From a virus, in the IMG/VR virus record IMGVR_UViG_3300045988_091287: a DNA stretch of 31,878 bases. One strand, written 5' to 3'. Shown here in pieces: positions 6,216 through 13,220 of the stretch. Each line of letters begins with the position of its first letter. Position 1 is the stretch's first letter. The position numbers were made by a program, and so were the translations under genes. The notes under the pieces are model-generated. The model saw only the letters and a list, made by a program, of their open reading frames with translations, was not told where the DNA came from and did no database searches.

Positions 6216-6306
6216 TTCACCCACCGTGGTGAATTTTCTATATTATATACCATATTTGGTGAATTGTCAAGCCTTTTTATAAAAAATTTTTGTTTATGGG
6301 TGAATT
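6216..6306. promoter_or_regulatory. Putative operator set: GGTGAATT x3 plus an inverted half-site
   Basis: GGTGAATT occurs at 6228-6235, 6258-6265 and 6299-6306. The inverted TTCACC at 6216-6221 forms TTCACC-N6-GGTGAA with the first copy. The sites overlap both divergent promoters. Confidence 0.5.
6242..6270 (-). promoter_or_regulatory. Early lytic promoter (consensus sigma-A type) for the cro-like operon
   Basis: On the minus strand: TTGACA (6270-6265), a 17-nt spacer, then TATAAT (6247-6242). Confidence 0.65.
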
Positions 6307-6310
6307 GCTC

Positions 6311-6339
6311 TTGATTTTTCTATATAATTGTGATATAAT
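6311..6339 (+). promoter_or_regulatory. Repressor/lysogeny-module promoter with an extended -10
   Basis: TTGATT (6311-6316), a 17-nt spacer, then TGaTATAAT (6331-6339). Confidence 0.65.
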
Positions 6340-6361
6340 TACAGCATTGGAGGTGCTTATA

Positions 6362-6823
6362 TTGGAAAATTATACATTAGGTGACGTTGAGCAGAAACTA
6401 AAAGATTACATTTTGCAAAATTATAAGAGCTTGAGAGAGTTTTGTATGCAAATAGATCGTTCATATTCTACGATTGATAATATGCTTAAAAGAGGGCTAG
6501 TCAACAGCAGCGTTTCTCTTGTTCTTTACGTTTGCGATAGATTAAATCTTAGCATTGATGATTTATTAAGTGGGAATATCGTAGAAAGAGGCGCTGACAT
6601 TTACCCCGAAATAACCGATAATGAACGCCTCATCATTATGGAATACAGAAAACACCCCGAAATGCACGCAGCGATTGACAAGCTCTTAGATATACAAGAG
6701 CTAAAAATAACAATAAGTCAGAAAGCTGCTCGTAGTGGTGATGATCGTGCGGTTGACGCTTTGAAAATGACTTCTGACCGTGTGGCTAAGTTTGAAAACG
6801 CTGAAACTGACGACGATATTTAA
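6362..6823 (+). CDS. CI-like XRE-family HTH repressor (ImmR-type, no S24 peptidase domain seen)
   Basis: HTH KSLREFCMQIDRSYSTIDNMLKRG. The likely start is the in-frame TTG at 6362, 6 nt after GGAGGTG (6349-6355) and downstream of the promoter. The track start at 6290 lies upstream of the -35. Confidence 0.8.
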   Translation: MENYTLGDVEQKLKDYILQNYKSLREFCMQIDRSYSTIDNMLKRGLVNSSVSLVLYVCDRLNLSIDDLLSGNIVERGADIYPEITDNERLIIMEYRKHPEMHAAIDKLLDIQELKITISQKAARSGDDRAVDALKMTSDRVAKFENAETDDDI

Positions 6824-6838
6824 TTACATAATAAAATA

Positions 6839-6865
6839 CCTCGCAGGGTACACTACCTTGCGAGG
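6839..6865 (+). promoter_or_regulatory. Stem-loop between the repressor and immA whose 3' arm overlaps the immA SD
   Basis: cctcgcaggg (6839-6848) pairs with ccttgcgagg (6856-6865): 10 bp with one G-U pair. GAGGTG (6862-6867) is the SD for the TTG start at 6875. No T-tract follows. Confidence 0.4.
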
Positions 6866-6874
6866 TGATAAATA

Positions 6875-7444
6875 TTGTTATATGGTTCGTACAAAAATGC
6901 TCGTAATGCGGCGTGGCAATGCCTGCTTGATTTTGATATAAGGGAGTTGCCCGTTAAGCCCTCAACGATCGCTAAGCAATTAGGTATAAAGATAATAAAG
7001 AACAGTTCTATCAATGAGTTGTCAGAGGGCGAAAGCGGCGCAACATATCTTATTAATTCAAAATGGTATATCGTTTATAATGATACAGAGCCCAGGCAGC
7101 GCAGCAGATTTACAGTAGCCCACGAACTCGGGCATATTCTTTTAGGGCACATTATGTGTGACAAACACTATGCTCGTACATTTGATACGTCACGCCCGAC
7201 TATTGAGCAAGAGGCGGACGTGTTCGCAGCTAGATTGCTTGCCCCTGCGTGTGTGCTATGGGCTTTAAATGTTCACACGCCGCAAGATATATCAGAATTA
7301 TGCGACATTTCGCTTGCAGCGGCGCAAGTGAGATCGGAGCGAATGGAAATCCTATACTCTCGGAATAAGTTTCTTCAAAGCCCGCTTGAAAAGGCGGTTT
7401 ATGATAACTTCAAAGAGTATATACAAAAACAAACAGCGAAATAA
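6875..7444 (+). CDS. ImmA/IrrE-family zinc metallopeptidase (anti-repressor protease)
   Basis: HEXXH motif in VAHELGHILLGH. It sits directly downstream of the XRE repressor, as in ImmR/ImmA pairs. TTG start. Confidence 0.85.
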   Translation: MLYGSYKNARNAAWQCLLDFDIRELPVKPSTIAKQLGIKIIKNSSINELSEGESGATYLINSKWYIVYNDTEPRQRSRFTVAHELGHILLGHIMCDKHYARTFDTSRPTIEQEADVFAARLLAPACVLWALNVHTPQDISELCDISLAAAQVRSERMEILYSRNKFLQSPLEKAVYDNFKEYIQKQTAK

Positions 7445-7470
7445 TTCGCTGTACATAAGGAGTGTTTATT

Positions 7471-8001
7471 ATGGTGAACTTCGTACTTACTATTTTCTTA
7501 GGTTGGACGGGCTATGCCCGCTTTCGCAAAGGACAAATCGGACTAGGTATCTTGTGGCTATTTACTTGTGGTTGTTTTTGTGTAGGGTGGATAGTTGATA
7601 TTGTGGGCGCTTACAAGGAATATAAGAGCGGCTCTGTTTCTAGTGCGCCTGCAAGTGTTCGTATGGATATGCAATTTTACGATGTTGTTTCGGACTTTCA
7701 CACAAAGGTTGTAGGAGTTACGTTTAAAAATGACGACGGAACAGACAGACAGAAAATTATAAGCGGGTGTGTTCCAGGGCAGGATATAATTTTTAGACCA
7801 ACACCTACTAAAAAATATCCCGAGGCTATCGGCGTATTTAACGCCAAAGGAAAGCAGCTCGGAAACGTAAATGCAGAGTTAGCAAGCGATTTGATACATA
7901 AATATCCTAACAACAAAATGAAAGTTACAATTTCAGATATAACAGGCGGCGGAGACAAGAATTACGGTTGTAATCTTCACGTCGTTATCTACAAGGCATA
8001 A
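7471..8001 (+). CDS. Membrane protein with an N-terminal TM2 domain fused to a C-terminal HIRAN-like domain
   Basis: TM2-like: LGWTGYARFRKGQIGLGILWLFTCGCFCVGWIVDIV. HIRAN-like: VVGVTFKNDDGTDRQKIISGCVPGQDIIFRPTPTKKYPEAIGVFNAKGKQLGNVNAELASDL. The ATG at 7471 is 8 nt after AAGGAG. Confidence 0.6.
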   Translation: MVNFVLTIFLGWTGYARFRKGQIGLGILWLFTCGCFCVGWIVDIVGAYKEYKSGSVSSAPASVRMDMQFYDVVSDFHTKVVGVTFKNDDGTDRQKIISGCVPGQDIIFRPTPTKKYPEAIGVFNAKGKQLGNVNAELASDLIHKYPNNKMKVTISDITGGGDKNYGCNLHVVIYKA

Positions 8002-8018
8002 TTAAGGAGGCGGGCAAA

Positions 8019-9635
8019 ATGGCAAGAGCCGCAAAGCAAGACAATAATTCAGAAATAATTGACGGCGTGATATATGCCCGCTATTCGGAAGGTCCTAACC
8101 AAACGGAGGCAAGCATAGAGGGGCAAGTTCGAGAGTGCAAAGAGTATGCTAAGCGAAACGGCATACGAATTATAAACGTATACTCGGACAGCAAGCACAC
8201 GGGCACGAACGATAACCGAGCAGAGTTTCAAAAAATGCTCCGTGATAGCAGGCGTGGCGGTTTTTCCGTTGTTGTAGTATGGAAAATAGACCGTTTCGGA
8301 CGTAATCGTGCAGAAATGGCACAAAATAAAGCCCTACTAAAGTTGCAAGGCGTTAAGGTCGTATCAGCGAAAGAGTACATACCCGATAGTCCCGAGGGAA
8401 TAATACTTGAAAGCGTACTCGAGGGTATGGCGGAATATTACTCCGCCAATTTGTCGCAGAACATAAAACGAGGTATGAAAGAAAATGCTCTGCATTGCAA
8501 GAGCAACGGCTCCGGAAAGAGCTTAGGTTACATTGTAGACAAAGACGGGTATTTTGAAATTGAGCCAAATGAGGCAACGATAGTCAAGACAATATTTCAG
8601 AAGTACGACGAGGGAATGAAGATTGCCGACATATGGCGTGAGATTGTGGCAAGCGGTGCAAAGACAAAGAGAGGTAAAGACTTCACGCAGTACGGCATAT
8701 CTCGTGTGCTGAGCAACAGGGCATATATAGGCGAATACCGCTACGGCGATATTGTAACGCCCGGCGGAATGCCACGCATAATAGACGATGATCTATTTAA
8801 TAGAGTGCAAGAAAGACGTGCGCTGAGCAAAAAAGCTCCCGCAAGCAGGCGGAGCAATAGTGATGTTGATTTTCTTCTGACCGGTAAAGTGTTCTGTGGG
8901 CATTGCAAAGGAACTATGCGAGGAATGAGCGGAACGAGTAAGACAGGGCGCAAATTCTATTATTATGCTTGCCACGATAAAATCTTCAAGCATAATAAGT
9001 GTACTAAAAAGAATGTAAAAAAAGAATGGCTTGAAACTGAGGTTACACGAATAACAAGAGATGATATACTCAACAAGGAAACAATAGAGTTTATTGCTGA
9101 TCGAGTAGTTGAGATACAAAGGCAAGAGCAAGAGGATAAGTCAATGCTCCGCTACTATGAGCAACAGCTCCGTGATACTCAGAGCGCTATTAACAACATA
9201 ATGAAAGCGATAGAGGCAGGAATTATAACAAGCTCAACGAAAAGCAGATTATTTGAGCTCGAGGAGCAGAAATCTATAATTGAGGGCGAAATAGAAAGGG
9301 AAAAAATAATAACGCCCGTAATTGAGAAAGAACAGGTTATTTTCTCTCTCGAACGTTTTTTCGGTGGAGATATAAATAATAAAGAATATCAACGTAATAT
9401 TATTGATATGTTCGTGAATAAGGTTATATTATATGACAACAAAATAATAATCACATATAATATTAGTTCACAAAATGAAATATCTGTTGATGTGGTGGAA
9501 CAAGCGGCATTTGCGGCATTAGATGAGTGTTCGTCTAAGCTCTCGTTACCTCCACCAAATGTTGAAAAGACGAACACAACAAATATATTCTTTGTGAGTG
9601 GTCTTTTCGGAATAATAACAACGCCTCATGATTGA
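8019..9635 (+). CDS. Large serine recombinase (phage integrase)
   Basis: The N-terminal resolvase domain has the catalytic Ser context IYARYSEGPNQTEASIEGQ. It also has a recombinase domain, a Cys-rich zinc ribbon (CGHCKG...YYYAC) and a C-terminal coiled coil. 538 aa. Confidence 0.9.
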   Translation: MARAAKQDNNSEIIDGVIYARYSEGPNQTEASIEGQVRECKEYAKRNGIRIINVYSDSKHTGTNDNRAEFQKMLRDSRRGGFSVVVVWKIDRFGRNRAEMAQNKALLKLQGVKVVSAKEYIPDSPEGIILESVLEGMAEYYSANLSQNIKRGMKENALHCKSNGSGKSLGYIVDKDGYFEIEPNEATIVKTIFQKYDEGMKIADIWREIVASGAKTKRGKDFTQYGISRVLSNRAYIGEYRYGDIVTPGGMPRIIDDDLFNRVQERRALSKKAPASRRSNSDVDFLLTGKVFCGHCKGTMRGMSGTSKTGRKFYYYACHDKIFKHNKCTKKNVKKEWLETEVTRITRDDILNKETIEFIADRVVEIQRQEQEDKSMLRYYEQQLRDTQSAINNIMKAIEAGIITSSTKSRLFELEEQKSIIEGEIEREKIITPVIEKEQVIFSLERFFGGDINNKEYQRNIIDMFVNKVILYDNKIIITYNISSQNEISVDVVEQAAFAALDECSSKLSLPPPNVEKTNTTNIFFVSGLFGIITTPHD

Positions 9636-9649
9636 TTTCATGAGGCGTT
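9620..9649. terminator. Bidirectional terminator between the convergent integrase and endolysin genes (12-bp perfect stem)
   Basis: aacgcctcatga-ttgatt-tcatgaggcgtt. The integrase stop TGA (9633-9635) lies in the loop, and both sides are T-rich when read outward. Confidence 0.65.
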
Positions 9650-9654
9650 TATTC

Positions 9655-10473
9655 TTACTTAATAATTTTGATTACCTGTCCTGCATAGATAAGATTAGCA
9701 TTTTTTATGTTGTTGTCCTTAACGATTTTTGCGACTGTCGTTTTATATCTTGCGGCTATCGCCGAAAGAGTATCACCCTTTTTGACTGTATATCTAGTTA
9801 CTTTCTTTTTAGGTGTGTCTTTTTTCGGCTCCGACGGTGTAACATTTTTCTTATAGCCGTTAAGCCCTGCGGCTTTTATGATTGACGGGAAATTGACTTT
9901 TGCAGTATCAAGGTCAACGCTGCCTGTAACGCCGTTTACTCTCCCTGTAAAGCTGTGCTGGTGCATTTTATGCGCTATTGACGGGACTCGGGTGATATTC
10001 GCACACCATATTGCATAGCGACTTCTGATAGCTGCCGACACTTTGGCGGTGAGAAAAGCTTCGTAAGAATAGAGCATACAATAATATCCCGCCGCCTCAA
10101 CAACGCTAATAAAAGCTTTGATGATGTCGTCACGCAGTCCGGGCATATTATATTGTGCAGCTTCTTCTATGTCGAGCGCAACAGGCATAGAGAATGGGCA
10201 TTTAGACTTGATGAGATTGACAAAGCCTGTTGCTTCTCTCTTTGCTGCCTCTACTGTATCTGCATACATATAGTGATAAAAGCCTATGTTAAGTCCTGCG
10301 GCCTTTGCGTTTGCATAATTACGCTCGAACTTTTTATCAATCTGCCGAGGATAAGACATTATGTCGCCGTAGCTTGATCGTATCATCACAAAGTTAATGC
10401 CGCTTGCTTTGAGCTTCCTTGCGTCAACGTTTCCGTTATGCTGAGATACGTCTACGCCTTTGTATGTAGCCAT
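9655..10473 (-). CDS. Endolysin: GH25 muramidase with a C-terminal LysM domain
   Basis: GH25-type N-terminus: [31 protein letters not shown]. LysM: [43 protein letters not shown]. Confidence 0.9.
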   Translation of the reverse strand: MATYKGVDVSQHNGNVDARKLKASGINFVMIRSSYGDIMSYPRQIDKKFERNYANAKAAGLNIGFYHYMYADTVEAAKREATGFVNLIKSKCPFSMPVALDIEEAAQYNMPGLRDDIIKAFISVVEAAGYYCMLYSYEAFLTAKVSAAIRSRYAIWCANITRVPSIAHKMHQHSFTGRVNGVTGSVDLDTAKVNFPSIIKAAGLNGYKKNVTPSEPKKDTPKKKVTRYTVKKGDTLSAIAARYKTTVAKIVKDNNIKNANLIYAGQVIKIIK

Positions 10474-10476
10474 TTT

Positions 10477-10656
10477 TTATTCCTCCATTTTCTTGTAGTA
10501 GGACTTGATCTTATTGATCTTGTCGGCATTATCTGTCAAGAGCTTTTTAACGTCGGTAAGATTGATTTCGTAAACGTCCGAAATCTCATCATATGTCATA
10601 CCGAACGCAAAGCTTTTGAATATTTCATTTTTTTCCTGCTCTGAAATGTTTGTCAT
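10477..10656 (-). CDS. Small 59-aa protein between the holin and endolysin (not in the ORF track)
   Basis: Hand translation: MTNISEQEKNEIFKSFAFGMTYDEISDVYEINLTDVKKLLTDNADKINKIKSYYKKMEE. The ATG overlaps the holin stop (TAATG) and AAGGAGGA lies 8 nt upstream. It ends 3 nt before the lysin ATG. Confidence 0.5.
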   Translation of the reverse strand: MTNISEQEKNEIFKSFAFGMTYDEISDVYEINLTDVKKLLTDNADKINKIKSYYKKMEE

Positions 10657-11102
10657 TACTGTTCTCCTCCTTGGCTTTCTTCAACTGTTATTTTTAAACG
10701 GTGTACGATTTTAACGAGAAATGACGGCAACGGCACGCCGAGAACGGAAATGTTTTCAAGAATGCTTATACACTCATTGATGATGAGCCATATTGTGACG
10801 ATTACGCCGAAATAATAGCTAAATCCTATATCAATTCCCACCGAGGACAGCCCTTCGCTTATGAGCCAGTCCGTGACACCCGCTACGCACACTACAAGGA
10901 TATAGCAGAGCTTTTTGACAGCTCCGACAATCCCTATTCGGCTACTTAGATCACTCTTATACCACGCTTTCGCAAGCCCGCTCAGATAGTCTATTATCAT
11001 AACGGCGATCAGTATAAGCAGCGGCATAGCTATTACGCCGAAATATGCAGACAGACCGCCTAGGACGGCGGCGACAATGCCCTTAAATACGTTTTCTTTC
11101 AT
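10656..11102 (-). CDS. Holin (phage_holin_4 / toxin-secretion holin-like)
   Basis: Several TM helices: GIVAAVLGGLSAYFGVIAMPLLILIAVMIIDYLSGLAKAW... Located upstream of the endolysin. Confidence 0.85.
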   Translation of the reverse strand: MKENVFKGIVAAVLGGLSAYFGVIAMPLLILIAVMIIDYLSGLAKAWYKSDLSSRIGIVGAVKKLCYILVVCVAGVTDWLISEGLSSVGIDIGFSYYFGVIVTIWLIINECISILENISVLGVPLPSFLVKIVHRLKITVEESQGGEQ

Positions 11103-11261
11103 TTATGCCTCCTTGCCGTCGTCGAAATCATATCCTGTGATTTCTGTATACTCTTCGGCTGTGATCCACTTGTGCACTACTGCGTCATATACCTTGCGTA
11201 TATCCCACAAACCACGCTCGTAGTAGTCTTTGACCTTAGCATATTTCTTACTCTGTGACAT
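11103..11261 (-). CDS. XkdX-family small protein (52 aa, not in the ORF track)
   Basis: Hand translation: MSQSKKYAKVKDYYERGLWDIRKVYDAVVHKWITAEEYTEITGYDFDDGKEA, showing the typical Y-x-x-G-x-W ... IT-x-EEY-x-x-ITG pattern. GAGGAGG lies 9 nt upstream. Located just before the holin. Confidence 0.65.
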   Translation of the reverse strand: MSQSKKYAKVKDYYERGLWDIRKVYDAVVHKWITAEEYTEITGYDFDDGKEA

Positions 11262-11433
11262 TTTCAAGCACCTCCTCTTTTTCGTTTTCGAGTTCTACAT
11301 CAAACACCATTGCTATATAGTCAATATTAGCGGCGTTTCTGTCGTTTTCCACCTTAAGTGCGGCGCTTTTCTGTCGCTCTTTTATAAGCTGGTCTTTTAC
11401 TGATATGTAGCCAAACATAGCTATTCCCTCCAT
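11248..11433 (-). CDS. Hypothetical small protein downstream of the RT
   Basis: 61-aa ORF overlapping the RT stop. No motif recognised and the start is uncertain (MFGYISVK... is possible). Confidence 0.4.
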   Translation of the reverse strand: MEGIAMFGYISVKDQLIKERQKSAALKVENDRNAANIDYIAMVFDVELENEKEEVLENVTE

Positions 11434-12464
11434 AGATTATAATAATATTCCTGCATACTATCTATCAGCTTATAGCAGTTCCCTTTGCTTGCGTGCGAAG
11501 CCCAGGACTTGAAACACTCGTCAACTTGTTCTCGGTTCATTGCGCCACGTTCACATAATTGCACAAGCTTTGCGAGCTTGCGGCGAGCTCTCGTGACCTT
11601 TTTCGGCAATACACGCATTATGACCTTTCCTGTACTTGTAAGCCTAAAACTGAAACCTAAGAAGTGTATGGGCTGTTTAATCGGGAATAATTGAGTTTTC
11701 TTCTTACTAAATTTTAGCCCTAGTTTCTCGAGTTCTTCGCCTATGTGCTCTTTGCAAAATGTCAAATATTCTTTGCTTTGATGTATAAGTATGAAATCGT
11801 CCATATAACGAACATAATACTTTATGCCTAGTTGCTCTTTAATTAAATGGTCGATGTCGTCTAATACTGCAAGCTGAATAAGCTGCGTGACTTGCGAGCC
11901 TAAGCCCATTCCTTTTGACGGGTCAACTCCTTGCGTAAAGCTGTTTATAATTCTTTCGGTTTCAGCATACGCCCAATCGTCAGAAACTCTTTTCCGAACA
12001 GCAGCGCAAGCGACGCTGTGAGGCGTAGAGCCGAAATAATCCGAAATATCACACTTAATAATATAACCGTTAAGACCCGATTTTCTATAAAATCGCTGCA
12101 TATGACATTTCAATCGCTCACGGGCGAAATCTGTTCCTTTACCCTTTTGACAAGCGCAATTATCGTATATAAAAGATCTCGTTATCTGTTCTGTAAGGTA
12201 ATTATCACATAACGAACGTTGAAACACCCTGTCTTTTATTCTTGTGCTTACGATAACACGTTCTTTCGGCTCGTAGATTTTAAAAACGGTATAATCACCG
12301 ATTTTGTACTTTCCGCTCATAAGCTCGTCTTTTAGTTTATAACAGTTTGTCAAGCCGTTCTTAACGAAACCCGCTGTGCTATCTTTCCACATCACATTTC
12401 TTCTGCATACAAGCATTGCCTTATACAGATTTTCAAAGTCACATACATTCTCTTTTACTGTCAT
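11421..12464 (-). CDS. DGR reverse transcriptase
   Basis: RT motifs: YEPKERVIVSTRIKDRVFQRSL, YDNCACQKGKGTDFA, KCDISDYFGS, GLGSQVTQ (the SQ motif typical of DGR RTs) and RYMDDFILI. It lies immediately downstream of a TR with adenine-specific differences to two VRs. Confidence 0.9.
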   Translation of the reverse strand: MTVKENVCDFENLYKAMLVCRRNVMWKDSTAGFVKNGLTNCYKLKDELMSGKYKIGDYTVFKIYEPKERVIVSTRIKDRVFQRSLCDNYLTEQITRSFIYDNCACQKGKGTDFARERLKCHMQRFYRKSGLNGYIIKCDISDYFGSTPHSVACAAVRKRVSDDWAYAETERIINSFTQGVDPSKGMGLGSQVTQLIQLAVLDDIDHLIKEQLGIKYYVRYMDDFILIHQSKEYLTFCKEHIGEELEKLGLKFSKKKTQLFPIKQPIHFLGFSFRLTSTGKVIMRVLPKKVTRARRKLAKLVQLCERGAMNREQVDECFKSWASHASKGNCYKLIDSMQEYYYNLWRE

Positions 12465-12621
12465 ATTATCTCTTCTACAAAACTTACGTTGTTAATAGTG
12501 ATACTTACTCAAAAAGTAAATCACATCAACGTTATACTTTCACCATATCGGCTAGGATAATAGTTCCTTGTGTGATTGCATTGATTTCAGCTATTGAGCC
12601 TACTTTAAGCTAGCATTATCA

Positions 12622-12734
12622 CAATCCGGGGCGAGCCCGTTACTGTTGTTCGCATTGTTGTTGTTGATAGCTCCTGTCGGGTTGACGTTACGCACGTTGT
12701 TAGCGTTGCCAGTGTTAGGAGTACGCAGCCACCA
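12622..12734 (-). repeat. DGR template repeat (TR)
   Basis: Non-coding copy between avd and the RT. In the target frame it reads WWLRTPNTGNANNVRNVNPTGAINNNNANNSNGLAP, with 13 Asn codons (12 AAC, 1 AAT). There are 34 A positions on the coding strand. Confidence 0.9.
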
Positions 12735-12766
12735 CAAAGCAGAAATAAAACAACTATTACCCTAAT

Positions 12767-13180
12767 TTACTTTCCGTATCTATCGTAATCGGACTTTCTC
12801 CAATTACGCAGTAACACTTGAACTTCGTTTACAAGTCTAGTCCAATACTCAATACGTTTGCTTTCTATACTGAAAACACTATATGCAATGTCAATCATAC
12901 TTAGTAAGGCGTATGTTTCAGCAAGAGCTTTCGTCTGATACTGTCGCCTTAGCTGATAATCTTTCTTGTTATCATCATTAACGTAAATAGAATTGGCTGC
13001 ATTAACGTTGCTACTCACATCAATGGCGCAATCAACGATTTTAGCAGTAATGCACCACCTATAACGCTTAGGAAAGTTCTTTTCATTTGAACATATCTTA
13101 ATTGTATATGCGGCAAGCTCTCTCGCTTTGGTTACTACTAATAACTTGCCCTCAGTCTGTTTTGATTTTACAACTGACAT
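12767..13180 (-). CDS. avd: Accessory variability determinant (Avd-like four-helix-bundle protein)
   Basis: 137 aa, basic and helical, with the FPKRYRW and AN-rich helix pattern of the four-helix-bundle/Avd family. It sits between the target gene and the TR. Confidence 0.75.
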   Translation of the reverse strand: MSVVKSKQTEGKLLVVTKARELAAYTIKICSNEKNFPKRYRWCITAKIVDCAIDVSSNVNAANSIYVNDDNKKDYQLRRQYQTKALAETYALLSMIDIAYSVFSIESKRIEYWTRLVNEVQVLLRNWRKSDYDRYGK

Positions 13181-13194
13181 TGCTTTCTCCTTTC

Positions 13195-13212
13195 CGCCCT
13201 CTACCGAGGGCG
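13195..13212 (-). promoter_or_regulatory. GC hairpin with 4-nt loop downstream of VR1 (candidate DGR target-recognition hairpin)
   Basis: cgccctc-tacc-gagggcg, with a 7-bp stem. It lies 25 nt beyond the GC-rich end of VR1, in the target-avd intergenic region. Confidence 0.6.
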
Positions 13213-13220
13213 ATTATTGA

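Noticed and set aside
11421-12464. The RT could belong to a group II intron, a retron, or an Abi/UG-type defence system.
   Set aside because: There is no intron RNA domain structure or maturase/endonuclease extension. There are no msr/msd-type inverted repeats and no effector gene. The adjacent TR with strictly adenine-specific differences to two VRs, plus the Avd gene, is diagnostic of a DGR.
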